From assembly GCA_964516095.1 (NCBI GenBank), contig CAZEYS010000001.1, positions 13,095 to 77,094 of the forward strand: 64,000 nucleotides of DNA, written 5' to 3'. This DNA is from an uncultured Aquificales bacterium. Its GTDB lineage: Bacteria > Aquificota > Aquificia > Aquificales > Hydrogenothermaceae. Below the pieces are notes generated by a model. It made no database searches and was not told the DNA's origin. It saw only the letters and a program-made list of their open reading frames with translations. Each line of letters opens with the position of its first letter. Position 1 is the first letter of the stretch. A program made the position numbers and the translations under genes. Positions 1 to 10,269 of this stretch are shown here, piece by piece.

Positions 1-1083
1 ATGCGTCCAGTTGGAGCTATTTTATTTGGTTATATAGGGGACAAGTTTGGCAGGAAAAAAGCATTAACTATTTCTATTATTATGATGGCCCTATCTACAA
101 CAGCCATTGGGCTTCTGCCTACTTACGAAACTATAGGTATCTTAGCACCAGTACTGCTTGTAATTTTAAAATTAGTTCAAGGTCTTTCTGTTGGTGGAGA
201 GTATACAACAAGCGTTTCTTTTTTAGTTGAACATGCTCCTCAGGATAAAAGAGGTCTTTATGGAAGTGTCGGTATACTCGGGGCAGTTGCAGGAATACTC
301 CTTGGTTCAGCATCTGGTGCATTTATAACGAAAGTACTAACAGAGCAGCAGCTCTATAGCTGGGGATGGAGAGTTTTATTCTTTACAGGAGTTTTACTTG
401 GTATTATTGGTTATTATGTTCGAAAACATATAGATGAAACCCCTAAGTTCTTAGAACTTGAATATGAAGAAATAAAATCTCCCTTAAAGAGATTATTTAC
501 AGAAGGTAGAAAAGAACTTTTGAAAACATTTGCACTTAGTACTTTTCAGGCAGTTGGGTTTTATACTATTTTTGTCTACATAGCCAGTCATTTATCAGTT
601 TTTGTGAAATTTCCAAAATCGGTAGCTCTTACAATAAATACTGTGAGTATGATAATCCTTGCTCTTCTTATACCTGTTTTTGGCTGGCTGTCTGATAAAA
701 TTGGAAGAAAACCTATCATACTCTTTTCCACCTTTGCGTCTTTTTTACTGTCATATCCACTTTTTAAGTTTATATCCTCTGGTAGTTTTGAAAATGCTCT
801 TATAGGACAGGTTGTCTTTGCGTTGATAACTGCTGGATTTATGGCAGTTTTACCTACAACGTTAGTTGAGATATTTCCAACACCAATTCGAAACTCTGGT
901 TATTCTATTGGCTATAATTTACCATTTGCCATTTTTGGAGGTACGTCTCCACTTATAGCTACTTATCTTATTAAACTTACGGGGGATTTGGCTTCACCTG
1001 CATATTATCTTATGTTTGCAGCTGCTGTTGCATTTACTGCAGGTTTGTTTTTAAAGGAAACAGCTAAACAGCCCTTAAAATAA
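1..1083 (+). CDS. MFS transporter, metabolite:H+ symporter (ProP-like) family; probably 5'-truncated by the window edge
   Basis: MFS motif GYIGDKFGRK, second-half repeat GWLSDKIGRK, QGLSVGGEY motif, many TM segments. Confidence 0.85.
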   Translation: MRPVGAILFGYIGDKFGRKKALTISIIMMALSTTAIGLLPTYETIGILAPVLLVILKLVQGLSVGGEYTTSVSFLVEHAPQDKRGLYGSVGILGAVAGILLGSASGAFITKVLTEQQLYSWGWRVLFFTGVLLGIIGYYVRKHIDETPKFLELEYEEIKSPLKRLFTEGRKELLKTFALSTFQAVGFYTIFVYIASHLSVFVKFPKSVALTINTVSMIILALLIPVFGWLSDKIGRKPIILFSTFASFLLSYPLFKFISSGSFENALIGQVVFALITAGFMAVLPTTLVEIFPTPIRNSGYSIGYNLPFAIFGGTSPLIATYLIKLTGDLASPAYYLMFAAAVAFTAGLFLKETAKQPLK

Positions 1084-1136
1084 GATGGCAAATTATCCGA
1101 ATATTAGATAGATAGATAAATAAGAGAGGTGGAAAG

Positions 1137-2522
1137 ATGAAAAGACCAGAACCGAAAAATGTGGAAGCACAATTAAATATTGATGAGATGTTTTTCTCTA
1201 AAACCGACTTAAAAGGGATAATATTAGACGGAAATGAAGTTTTCTACAGAGTATCTAAGTACACCAGAGATGAGATGGTAGGAAAGCCTCACAATATAGT
1301 AAGACACCCTGATATGCCAAAAGTTGTATTTAAACTTTTATGGGAATTTATAAAAAATGACAAGCCTTTTGCAGGATATGTTAAAAATTTAGCAAAGGAC
1401 GGTTCCTACTACTGGGTTTTTGCAGTTGTTGTACCAATTTTTGAAGGTGGAAAAAAAGAAAAATACTTATCAATAAGAATAAAGCCTACTTCAAATTTGT
1501 TCGCTGTTATTAGAAATTTATATCAGAAACTCCTGCAGATAGAAAAAGAAGAAGGTGTAGAAGCATCAGAAAAAGAGTTAATAGAATCTCTAAAAGCTAT
1601 GGGTTATCCTTCTTACGAAGCTTTTATGAGAGAAGCCCTTATAGAAGAACTTAAAGATAAAGATAAATATCTTGATGTCCAGATAGATTTAAATAAGATT
1701 CCTTCTGAGTTTTCTTTCATTAGAGAAATTTATAATCTATCTAAGAAAGCCAAGAACATTTTCGACCTTGTTTATGCTAAAGCAAGGGATTTTGTTAACT
1801 TAGAAAAAGAACTTGAAAATAAGTTCAGTTATGTTTTTGAAATCACAGATGAGCTATCTTTAATTGCGTTAAATTCTTCTGTTGAAAGTTATAAATTAGG
1901 TTCAGCAGGAGCTTCATTCTTCGTAGTATCAACAGAAATTAAAAAAGACTCTGAAAGAATTGGAAAACTTGTGTCTGGATTAAGAAGTGATATAGCTACT
2001 CTATTAAACATCGTAAGAGATTTGGAGCTTTACGTAAACATATCTAAACTTGAAATTTATATGATTAATTACTTTATAAATGAGCTTATAGGAAACTTAG
2101 AAAAAGACGATGAAATGCATAGAGACATGGAAAACCTACTTGACCTTGTTTTAGCATTAGAAAACAACTCAAAGAAAATTATTGAGTACTCTAAACAACT
2201 CCATAACTACCTTGCAAAAGCAATGAGGTATATAGAGCAAATAGAGGAAATAATAAGTGAGCTTCACTACATACAACTTAACGGTTTAATAGAGTCTGCA
2301 AGACTTGGAGAGCAAAAATTCTCAATAATTTTTAACCAGGTAAAAGAACTTGTAGAAAATACAAACAAACTTATAGAAGATGTTAACCCTATGATAAAAA
2401 AAGGTATAAATGACAGTGATGAAATGAGAGAGGCTAATGAAAAAATAATGAAAGAAATGAAAAAAATAACCAAAATATTGAAAAAAGAAGATAAAAACCT
2501 TAAGGCTGGCGCTTCTCGTTAG
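1137..2522 (+). CDS. Soluble Aer/CetB-like PAS protein with degenerate methyl-accepting chemotaxis signalling region
   Basis: PAS signature SKTDLKG...[10 protein letters not shown]...[15 protein letters not shown]; no TM helix; two MCP-tip-like motifs. Confidence 0.75.
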   Translation: MKRPEPKNVEAQLNIDEMFFSKTDLKGIILDGNEVFYRVSKYTRDEMVGKPHNIVRHPDMPKVVFKLLWEFIKNDKPFAGYVKNLAKDGSYYWVFAVVVPIFEGGKKEKYLSIRIKPTSNLFAVIRNLYQKLLQIEKEEGVEASEKELIESLKAMGYPSYEAFMREALIEELKDKDKYLDVQIDLNKIPSEFSFIREIYNLSKKAKNIFDLVYAKARDFVNLEKELENKFSYVFEITDELSLIALNSSVESYKLGSAGASFFVVSTEIKKDSERIGKLVSGLRSDIATLLNIVRDLELYVNISKLEIYMINYFINELIGNLEKDDEMHRDMENLLDLVLALENNSKKIIEYSKQLHNYLAKAMRYIEQIEEIISELHYIQLNGLIESARLGEQKFSIIFNQVKELVENTNKLIEDVNPMIKKGINDSDEMREANEKIMKEMKKITKILKKEDKNLKAGASR

Positions 2523-3615
2523 AAGCTGTAAATTTTAAATAACTTTCGATAAAGTTGTTTATTTCACCGTCCATAACAGATTGTATATTACCTGTTTCAT
2601 AACCAGTTCGAAGGTCTTTTACCATCTGATAAGGATGGAACACATAAGACCTTATCTGGCTTCCCCAGCTTATTTCTTTCTTTTCTCCTTCTAACTCTTT
2701 TTTCTTTTGTTTTTGTTTTTCAATTTCAAGCTGATAGAGTTTGGCCTTTAGCATCTGCATGGCTTTTGCTCTGTTTTGAATTTGTGACCTTTCACTCTGG
2801 CAAGAAACAACTATTCCAGTTGGTATATGGGTAATTCTAACTGCAGAATCAGTTTTGTTTACATGCTGACCACCAGCTCCAGAAGCTCTAAATGTATCAA
2901 TTCTCAAGTCATCTTCATTTATCTCAACTTTAATCTCCTCTCCAATTTCTGGAATAACACTTACAGCTGCAAAAGATGTATGTCTTCTTTTATTTGAATC
3001 AAAGGGAGATATTCTTACCAGTCTATGTACTCCCTGTTCTCCTTTTAGATAACCATATGCAAAAGGTCCTTTTACTATAAACGTAGCACTTTTTATTCCA
3101 GCAACATCATCAGGCTGATAATCAACTATCTCTATATCGTAACCATTTTTCTCAGCCCATCTTAGGTACATTCTAAGAAGCATTTCTGCCCAATCGCATG
3201 CTTCAACACCACCTGAACCAGCCTGAACAGAAACAATAGCGTTTTTAGAATCATGTTCCCCAGATAATAAACTTTGGGTTTCCAGTTTATCTACCAATTT
3301 CTCAAGATTTTTAATCTCTGTCTCAAGTTCAGCCTTTGCATTATCATCTGGTTCTATCTCTATAAGTTCAGCGTATTCTTCAAGATAATCTAATTTATCT
3401 GTCACATCTTTTAAATCTTTCAGCTTATTTGCAAGATATGTTCTTTTTGTAGTAATTTCCTGAGCTTTTTTCTGGTCGTTCCAGAAATCTGGCTTTGCCA
3501 TTTCACTGTCAAGTTTTTTTATTTCTTTTTCTATTTCTTCAGGTTTTTCTATTTCTTTAATAGTTTCAAATGTATTTTTAAGCTCTTGTATTTTAGTTTT
3601 AAGGTCTTCTATCAT
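2500..3615 (-). CDS. prfB: Peptide chain release factor 2, single uninterrupted ORF
   Basis: GGQ motif (GAGGQHVN), SPF anticodon-mimic motif, WGSQIRSY. Confidence 0.97.
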   Translation of the reverse strand: MIEDLKTKIQELKNTFETIKEIEKPEEIEKEIKKLDSEMAKPDFWNDQKKAQEITTKRTYLANKLKDLKDVTDKLDYLEEYAELIEIEPDDNAKAELETEIKNLEKLVDKLETQSLLSGEHDSKNAIVSVQAGSGGVEACDWAEMLLRMYLRWAEKNGYDIEIVDYQPDDVAGIKSATFIVKGPFAYGYLKGEQGVHRLVRISPFDSNKRRHTSFAAVSVIPEIGEEIKVEINEDDLRIDTFRASGAGGQHVNKTDSAVRITHIPTGIVVSCQSERSQIQNRAKAMQMLKAKLYQLEIEKQKQKKKELEGEKKEISWGSQIRSYVFHPYQMVKDLRTGYETGNIQSVMDGEINNFIESYLKFTASNEKRQP

Positions 3616-3760
3616 AACAACCCCCTTTTCACAAAATGTTTCTTACTTAAGGAAAAATAGGAACTTTTATTTTATAATCAATAACTCAGATCATGTGAAC
3701 TTGTATATTTTACGGTTAGAGGATAATATTATATCACTCTAAACAATTAGGAGGATTAAC

Positions 3761-4732
3761 ATGCCATTTCCAGTACACAGACCAAGAAGATTGAGAAAGA
3801 ATGAAAATATAAGACGTCTTGTAAGAGAAACAAAACTAACTATAGACGATTTAATTTACCCACTTTTCATAGAAGACGGAGAAAACATAAAAACAGAAAT
3901 TTCTTCTATGCCGGGTATCTACAGATACTCTATCGATAAATTGGACGATGAACTAAAAGAAATTGTTGATTTAAATATTCCTGCAGTACTGCTTTTTGGA
4001 ATACCATCCTACAAAGATAAGATTGGAAGTGACACCTGGAATGAAGAAGGTATCATCCAAAGGGCAGTTAAATATATAAAGGATAAATATCCTGAGATTT
4101 ATGTTATTACAGATGTGTGCTTTTGTGAATATACAGAACATGGACATTGCGGAGTTCTGTGCTGTGGAGATGTAGACAACGATAAAACTTTAGAAAACAC
4201 TAAAAAGCAAGTTATATCCCACGTAAAAGCCGGAGCAGACATGGTAGCTCCTTCAGGAATGATGGACGGTGTAGTAAAGGCTATTAGAGAGGCATTAGAT
4301 AACGAAGGGTTTTATGAAACTCCAATAATGGCATATTCAGCAAAATACGCATCTGCATACTATGGTCCGTTTAGAGATGCTGCAGAATCTGCACCATCTT
4401 TTGGAGATAGAAGAAGCTATCAGATGGATCCTGCCAATAGAAAAGAAGCATTAAAAGAAGTTCAGCTGGATGTAGAAGAGGGAGCAGATATTGTTATGGT
4501 AAAACCGGCATTGGCTTATTTGGACATAATCTCTGATGTTAAAAACAATTTTAACGTTCCTGTTGCTGCGTACAACGTAAGTGGAGAGTATTCTATGATA
4601 AAAGCAGCTGGTAAACTGGGCTGGATTGATGAAAAGAAAGTTATGCTTGAAACTTTAACATCTATAAAAAGAGCTGGAGCTGATATAATAATTACTTATC
4701 ATGCAAAAGAGGTAGCAAAAGAAATTGGGTAA
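3761..4732 (+). CDS. hemB: Delta-aminolevulinic acid dehydratase
   Basis: RPRRLR N-terminus, [13 protein letters not shown] Zn site, [14 protein letters not shown]; SD AGGAGG. Confidence 0.97.
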   Translation: MPFPVHRPRRLRKNENIRRLVRETKLTIDDLIYPLFIEDGENIKTEISSMPGIYRYSIDKLDDELKEIVDLNIPAVLLFGIPSYKDKIGSDTWNEEGIIQRAVKYIKDKYPEIYVITDVCFCEYTEHGHCGVLCCGDVDNDKTLENTKKQVISHVKAGADMVAPSGMMDGVVKAIREALDNEGFYETPIMAYSAKYASAYYGPFRDAAESAPSFGDRRSYQMDPANRKEALKEVQLDVEEGADIVMVKPALAYLDIISDVKNNFNVPVAAYNVSGEYSMIKAAGKLGWIDEKKVMLETLTSIKRAGADIIITYHAKEVAKEIG

Positions 4733-5522
4733 AAAATCAGTATTTTTATATTCATATATGGCAGTTTTAACTTTTGCAGTACTTTTTTTGGGATTTCAGG
4801 TTTTTAATGCCAAAAACATATGTGATAAAAAAACAACTGCTCTGGAAGAAAAGATAGCTAATTTAAAACAGCTTTTACAGGAAAAAGAAAATCACTTAAA
4901 AAAAGTAAATAAAGAAAAAGAGAATTTAGCTTTAAAGTTAAAAAATATCGAAGAAAAAATAAAAAAAGCAAATAAACTCTTACGAAGAAAAGGTATAAAA
5001 ATAACCATTCCAGAACCTGAAGGCGGCATATTTATACCTGCAAACAGTCATGATATACGTATATATGCAGAAAAAATAACATACAGTATGGACAAATTAA
5101 TTAAGATAATTCAGGATATACCTGTAGGCGTTCCTCTCTATGGTAGAATAACTTCAAGATTTGGATACAGAAGAGACCCTTTCAACGGAAAAAGAGCGTT
5201 TCATACAGGACTTGACTTTAGAGCAACCTTCAAACAACCAATATTTGCAACAGCAAATGGAATTGTTGAGTATGCTGGATGGGGTAAAGGTTACGGTAAA
5301 ATGGTCAAAATAAAACATAAATATGGATATGAAACCTTATATGCTCATATGTTTTATATAAAAGTAAAAGCCGGCCAGAGAGTAAAAGCTGGACAGATAA
5401 TAGGTTATGCAGGTAGTACAGGAAGATCAACAGGAGTTCATCTTCACTACGAAATAAGAAGATATGGAAAATTGATTAATCCTATAAGAATGCTTTATTT
5501 AAATAACAAAAACAGATTGTGA
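4725..5522 (+). CDS. M23 family peptidase with N-terminal TM anchor and coiled coil
   Basis: HTGLD (HxxxD) and HLH motifs, [14 protein letters not shown]. Confidence 0.9.
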   Translation: MGKKSVFLYSYMAVLTFAVLFLGFQVFNAKNICDKKTTALEEKIANLKQLLQEKENHLKKVNKEKENLALKLKNIEEKIKKANKLLRRKGIKITIPEPEGGIFIPANSHDIRIYAEKITYSMDKLIKIIQDIPVGVPLYGRITSRFGYRRDPFNGKRAFHTGLDFRATFKQPIFATANGIVEYAGWGKGYGKMVKIKHKYGYETLYAHMFYIKVKAGQRVKAGQIIGYAGSTGRSTGVHLHYEIRRYGKLINPIRMLYLNNKNRL

Positions 5523-5523
5523 G

Positions 5524-6414
5524 ATGAAGAAAAAATTAGTTCTAATAGACGGTTCATCATACATATATAGGGCTTATTACGCACTTCCTCCTTTAACAAG
5601 CCCAAAAGGTGTCCCTACAGGAGCCATATATGGATTTATAAGGATGATAACAAAACTTTTAAATGAAATAAATCCTGACTATATAGCAGTAGTTTTTGAC
5701 AAATCAGCAAAAACTTTCAGGCATGAAAAGTATCAGGACTACAAAGCCAATAGAAAGGAAACACCTGATGATTTAAAAATCCAAATACCAATTATCAAAA
5801 AAATAATAAATCTGTTTGGAATAAAAGTTATAGAAAAAGAAGGTTTTGAAGCTGATGATATAATTGCAACATTAGCAAAAAAAGCTAAAGAAAAAGAATT
5901 TGAAGTTTATATAATCACTCCAGATAAAGACTTCTTTCAGCTTGTAGAAGACGGGATATATGTCTTTAATCCCATAAATGAAAAATTGTACGATATACAG
6001 GGAGTTAAAGAAAAGTATGGCATATACCCGTACCAATTTGTTGATTATCAAGCTATTGTTGGAGATGCTGTGGATAATATAAAAGGAGTTAAAGGTGTAG
6101 GTCCTAAAACTGCGTCAAAACTTCTAAACGAGTATGGAAACTTAGAAGGAATACTTAACAATTTAGATAAACTACCAGAGAGAATAAAAACTGCTTTTGA
6201 AGAGGCTAAAGATAACCTTGAAAAAAATAGATTTTTAGTTAAACTAAATAGTAATGTTCCAATTGAAATTGATATTGAGGAGTTAAAGAAGGGAAAAACC
6301 CAGTGGGAAGCTTTACTGGAGCAATTCAACGAACTTGGCTTTAAAAGCTTACTAAAAGAAATGAAGAAAAAGGAAAAAGATGAAAAAAAAGCAGCCCAGA
6401 AAAAACTGTTCTGA
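5524..6414 (+). CDS. Stand-alone 5'-3' exonuclease / flap endonuclease (Pol I N-terminal domain only)
   Basis: LIDGSS, YKANR, EADD, GDAVDNIKGVKGVGPKTA; ends at 296 aa with no Klenow domains. Confidence 0.92.
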   Translation: MKKKLVLIDGSSYIYRAYYALPPLTSPKGVPTGAIYGFIRMITKLLNEINPDYIAVVFDKSAKTFRHEKYQDYKANRKETPDDLKIQIPIIKKIINLFGIKVIEKEGFEADDIIATLAKKAKEKEFEVYIITPDKDFFQLVEDGIYVFNPINEKLYDIQGVKEKYGIYPYQFVDYQAIVGDAVDNIKGVKGVGPKTASKLLNEYGNLEGILNNLDKLPERIKTAFEEAKDNLEKNRFLVKLNSNVPIEIDIEELKKGKTQWEALLEQFNELGFKSLLKEMKKKEKDEKKAAQKKLF

Positions 6415-7054
6415 AAAACCAAAAATTAACTTTACAGAAAAAGATGTAATAGAAAGATTAAAAAAGCATTTTCCTGAACCTAAAACCGAACTTAATTTTA
6501 GAAACCCTTTTGAATTAATTATTGTTGTACTACTATCAGCTCAGACTACTGACGTAAAAGTTAATGAAGTTTCAAAAAAACTATTTGAAAAATATCCAGA
6601 TCCTTTATCTCTTGCAAATGCAGATTTAGAAGATTTATACCAGATTTTAAGACCTATAAATTATTACAAAAAAAAGGCTAAATACATAAAAGAAGTTGCT
6701 CGAATGATTGTAGAAGAATTTAATGGAAAAATTCCAGATAACATAGAAGACCTTACAAAACTACCGGGTATTGGCAGAAAATCTGCATCAGTCATCTTAG
6801 TAAACGGCTTCAATAAGCCTGCTATTGTCGTCGATACCCATGTAAAAAGAGTTGCAAAAAGACTTGGTATAACATGTCATGATGACCCTTTAAAAGTCGA
6901 AGAAGACCTTGCAAAATTCTTTTCTAAAGAAAACTGGATTTATATATCCAACGCTCTTGTGCTATTTGGTAGATATATATGTAAAGCACGAAATCCTAAA
7001 TGTAAAGAGTGTTATCTAAACGATATATGTCCCTACGAGAATAAAAACTTATAG
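6380..7054 (+). CDS. nth: Endonuclease III
   Basis: LSAQTTD, HhH LPGIGRKSA, VDTHV, Fe-S motif C-x6-C-x2-C-x5-C. Confidence 0.95.
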   Translation: MKKKQPRKNCSEKPKINFTEKDVIERLKKHFPEPKTELNFRNPFELIIVVLLSAQTTDVKVNEVSKKLFEKYPDPLSLANADLEDLYQILRPINYYKKKAKYIKEVARMIVEEFNGKIPDNIEDLTKLPGIGRKSASVILVNGFNKPAIVVDTHVKRVAKRLGITCHDDPLKVEEDLAKFFSKENWIYISNALVLFGRYICKARNPKCKECYLNDICPYENKNL

Positions 7055-7065
7055 AGAGGAGAAAG

Positions 7066-8034
7066 ATGATTCCATTAATCAATAGAATAAAAAGAGAAAA
7101 AGGAAATATTTTAATATTTACCCATGAAAATCCAGATGCTGATGGTATAGGAAGTATGCTTGGACTGTATAGATTCTTAAAGAAAGAAGGCAAAAATGTT
7201 GAATGCAGAATAAAAGACCCTGTCCCTGCTGTGCTAGATTTTTTACCCAACGTAGATCAAGTAGGAAAACTGCCAGTTGATAAAGAGTATGACCTTGCAA
7301 TTTTAGTCGACGCTGCTGGTCGATTTAGAGCAGGTTGCGAAATAAAAGCAAAAGAAGTAATCAGAATAGACCACCATCTTGGAGGTAATAAAGAAAGTAA
7401 CTATGATTTTATAGAGACATTTGCACCATCAACTACATTTTTAGTTGCAAAAATACTTAGATACTGGGATGAAAACAAAATAGATAAAGAGATAGCAACT
7501 GCCCTTTATACAGGTTTAATGACTGATACAGGAAGTTTTAGATATAACAACGTTAATGAAGATGCATTTGAACTTGCAGAATTCTTAGTTAAAAAAGGAG
7601 CTGACCCGGCTTATATAGCAAATATGGTATATGAAAGAAACAAGCTCAGTACTATAAAATTACTGCAAAAAACCTTAAGCACATTAATGCTTTTTGAAGA
7701 AGGAAAAATAGCCTCACTAATCGTAGAAAGAAGATTTTTAGAAGAAACTGGAGCACAAGAAGAGGAAACAGAAGGCTTTGTAAATTATGCACGAAGTATA
7801 GATGGAGTTGAAGTTGCTTTCATAATGATTCAAAAAGAAGACCTTCAAACATGGAGAGTTTCTATCAGAGGAAAAGGTAATGTTGATGTCAGAGAGATAG
7901 CTGAAGCATTTGGCGGTGGCGGACATAGAGATGCAGCTGGATGTAGAATAAAAGGGGAAAAAACAGAAGTTTTAGATAAAATAGTGGAAAGAGCTAAAAA
8001 ACAACTAAAAAAAGATTTAACTCTTGCTGTTTGA
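7066..8034 (+). CDS. nrnA: DHH/DHHA1 phosphoesterase (NrnA-like oligoribonuclease / pAp phosphatase)
   Basis: HENPDADG, IDHH, TDTGSF, GGGGHRDAAG. Confidence 0.88.
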   Translation: MIPLINRIKREKGNILIFTHENPDADGIGSMLGLYRFLKKEGKNVECRIKDPVPAVLDFLPNVDQVGKLPVDKEYDLAILVDAAGRFRAGCEIKAKEVIRIDHHLGGNKESNYDFIETFAPSTTFLVAKILRYWDENKIDKEIATALYTGLMTDTGSFRYNNVNEDAFELAEFLVKKGADPAYIANMVYERNKLSTIKLLQKTLSTLMLFEEGKIASLIVERRFLEETGAQEEETEGFVNYARSIDGVEVAFIMIQKEDLQTWRVSIRGKGNVDVREIAEAFGGGGHRDAAGCRIKGEKTEVLDKIVERAKKQLKKDLTLAV

Positions 8035-8253
8035 ATCCTTTTCCTCTTCTTTTATATACTGAACAGCGTCTTTATACATATTGTAAAAACCTGCCATAAT
8101 GCCAAGTATAAGAAATACTATGGTTAATTTATAATGAGTTTTAAAAAGATTATCAAAAAAATAACCCAGCAGTAGACCTACTATAATGCCAGATATAAGA
8201 TGTAGGCCTATTGCTGATACCGAAATATACTTTGAAACTTTCTTATTTATCAC
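8017..8253 (-). CDS. AtpZ/AtpI-family small membrane protein
   Basis: Two TM helices, G..LG...D...T pattern, GIMAGFYNMY. Confidence 0.75.
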   Translation of the reverse strand: MINKKVSKYISVSAIGLHLISGIIVGLLLGYFFDNLFKTHYKLTIVFLILGIMAGFYNMYKDAVQYIKEEEKDSNSKS

Positions 8254-9059
8254 TTTAATCCTAAAACATCCATCATATCGTATAAAGATGGTTCTTTATC
8301 TTTAACCCACTTGGCGGCTTCTATCGCTCCTCTTGCGAATATATCCCTTGAACCTGCCTTATGGGTTAGTTCAATTCGTTCTCCCAAGCCTGCAAATATA
8401 ACTGTATGATCACCAACGACGTCTCCTCCTCTCAAAGCAAAAACAGCAATTTCATCAGAAGGTCTACCGTGAGGATAGTCTCCATGTCGTCCGTATATAA
8501 CCTTTTGTATACCTGTTTCTTTCTTTAGTATATCCACCAGTTTAACAGCTGTTCCAGACGGGGCATCTTTTTTAAACCTGTGGTGCATTTCAACTACTTC
8601 AATATCATAACCTTTGTCTTTTAGAGCTCTGGCTGCTTCTTGTACTAGTTTAAAAAGAAGATTTACGCCAATACTCATATTAGGAGCAAAAACAATAGGG
8701 AAATCTTTAGACAATTCTTGGAGTTGATTTATATCTTCTTCACTTAGACCTGTGGTTCCTATAACCATGCCTTTTTTATTCTTGTCAGCAGCAAGTAGTC
8801 TTGCATGTGAAATCACAGCCTCTGGAGAATTTGAAAACTCTATTAAAACATCAAAAAGATCCAAAACCTCGGCAACATCAGAAACTATTGGGGCTTTTAA
8901 GTCATTTACTCCAATAATTTCTCCGACAGTATCATGGGAATGTGCACAATCTGGATTTTCTATACCAGCTGTTATCTGAATTTCAGGATCTTCATAGGCT
9001 AACTTGGCAATTGTCCTGCCCATTCTTCCCATAACACCTGATATTGCAATTCTTACCAT
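8250..9059 (-). CDS. dapB: 4-hydroxy-tetrahydrodipicolinate reductase
   Basis: GVMGRMG, GTTG, APNMSIG, EMHHRFKKDAPSGTA. Confidence 0.97.
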   Translation of the reverse strand: MVRIAISGVMGRMGRTIAKLAYEDPEIQITAGIENPDCAHSHDTVGEIIGVNDLKAPIVSDVAEVLDLFDVLIEFSNSPEAVISHARLLAADKNKKGMVIGTTGLSEEDINQLQELSKDFPIVFAPNMSIGVNLLFKLVQEAARALKDKGYDIEVVEMHHRFKKDAPSGTAVKLVDILKKETGIQKVIYGRHGDYPHGRPSDEIAVFALRGGDVVGDHTVIFAGLGERIELTHKAGSRDIFARGAIEAAKWVKDKEPSLYDMMDVLGLK

Positions 9060-9070
9060 AGAAATCTCCT

Positions 9071-9328
9071 TTAGTTGCTCTGGTTATCTTCAGGATTAAA
9101 AACTACCTCTGCAAGTTGATTGAGAGCATCATTAACCTGGTCTGGAGGTACAACAAAAGGTGCTATAGCTATATCTACATCCTCTGCAAAAATTGTTTTT
9201 TTCAGTAGTTCCTGCAGTTTTTCAAGCTCTTCAGGTGTTACATCCTTTCTAAAGCATTCTTCAATAGGTTTATCAGATACAAAAAATCCTACAAGTGCAA
9301 ACGGATAAGCTTTTCTTTCTTCAGACAT
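9071..9328 (-). CDS. Hypothetical acidic protein (85 aa)
   Basis: SD AAGGAG; in-operon position; no recognised motif. Confidence 0.7.
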   Translation of the reverse strand: MSEERKAYPFALVGFFVSDKPIEECFRKDVTPEELEKLQELLKKTIFAEDVDIAIAPFVVPPDQVNDALNQLAEVVFNPEDNQSN

Positions 9329-9348
9329 TAAATTCTCCTTTATTTTTA

Positions 9349-9474
9349 TTATGTGGTTTGTTGATTGTTATCACCATTATTTCCACCCATCATAACTAAC
9401 CATAATACTACAAATTGAGTTAACATAAGTACAAGTAGTATTAATTCTGGTAAAGAATTCACCCAGTTTTGCAT
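9349..9474 (-). CDS. Unannotated 41-aa single-TM small protein MQNWVNSLPELILLVLMLTQFVVLWLVMMGGNNGDNNQQTT
   Basis: Translated by hand; strong SD AAAGGAGGT 6 nt before ATG; fills the gap between coaX and the next gene. Confidence 0.75.
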   Translation of the reverse strand: MQNWVNSLPELILLVLMLTQFVVLWLVMMGGNNGDNNQQTT

Positions 9475-9507
9475 TTTACAACCTCCTTTATATTTTTAAA
9501 TATAGTT

Positions 9508-10269
9508 TTATTTAGAATACAACAAATTATACTGATATATCAAATATATCCCTTCCATTGCAAGATATTCATCTAACATATGCTTGCTCTCTATACAATT
9601 TGATATTAATTTGGAATTTCCTCCTGTCAATATTATGTTGTAGTTCTTACCTTTTGATATTCTTTCTATCATTCCATCTATAAGGCTACAGTATCCGAAG
9701 TATATACCTGATTTTATACTCTCTACAGTCGTTTTTCCTACAATGTCTTCAGGTTTATCTATTTCTACCATTGGGAGCTTAGAAGTCTTTGAGAATAAAG
9801 CATATAAACTGCTATTTATTCCAGGGAAAATAGCTCCTCCTTCATAAGCTCCTTCTTCACTTATTACATCAAAAGTAATAGCAGTCCCAAGGTCTACTAC
9901 AATAATGGGAGGGTTTACTTTATTTATAGCACTATACGCATTTACAAGCCGATCTATTCCTACTTCAGAAGGATTTTTGTAGTTATTTTTTATAGGCACT
10001 TTGAGGTCTTTACCAATGATTAATGGCTTTTTGTTATATGCTTTTTCAAAACTGGATATTAAAGTTTTTTCCAGCTTTGGAACAACTGACGAAATGACAA
10101 TATCTCTTATACTATTGTTTTCTATATTTTTTATCTGAAGTAAATTTAAAACCCAATCATCTGAGGTTTTATCCAAATCTGAGGATAGTCTGTAACTTTT
10201 TATAAATTTTTTGTCTTTAACAAATCCTATTTCTACTGTTGTATTTCCAATATCTACAGCTATTATCAT
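9508..10269 (-). CDS. coaX: Type III pantothenate kinase
   Basis: DIGNT, SSVVP, GIDR, VDLGTAITFD, TGG. Confidence 0.95.
   Translation of the reverse strand: MIIAVDIGNTTVEIGFVKDKKFIKSYRLSSDLDKTSDDWVLNLLQIKNIENNSIRDIVISSVVPKLEKTLISSFEKAYNKKPLIIGKDLKVPIKNNYKNPSEVGIDRLVNAYSAINKVNPPIIVVDLGTAITFDVISEEGAYEGGAIFPGINSSLYALFSKTSKLPMVEIDKPEDIVGKTTVESIKSGIYFGYCSLIDGMIERISKGKNYNIILTGGNSKLISNCIESKHMLDEYLAMEGIYLIYQYNLLYSK

Noticed and set aside
3717-3741. Palindrome TAGAG-GATA-ATATTA-TATC-A-CTCTA before hemB as a Fur box
   Set aside because: Poor fit to 7-1-7 spacing; overlaps a likely AT-rich -10 region
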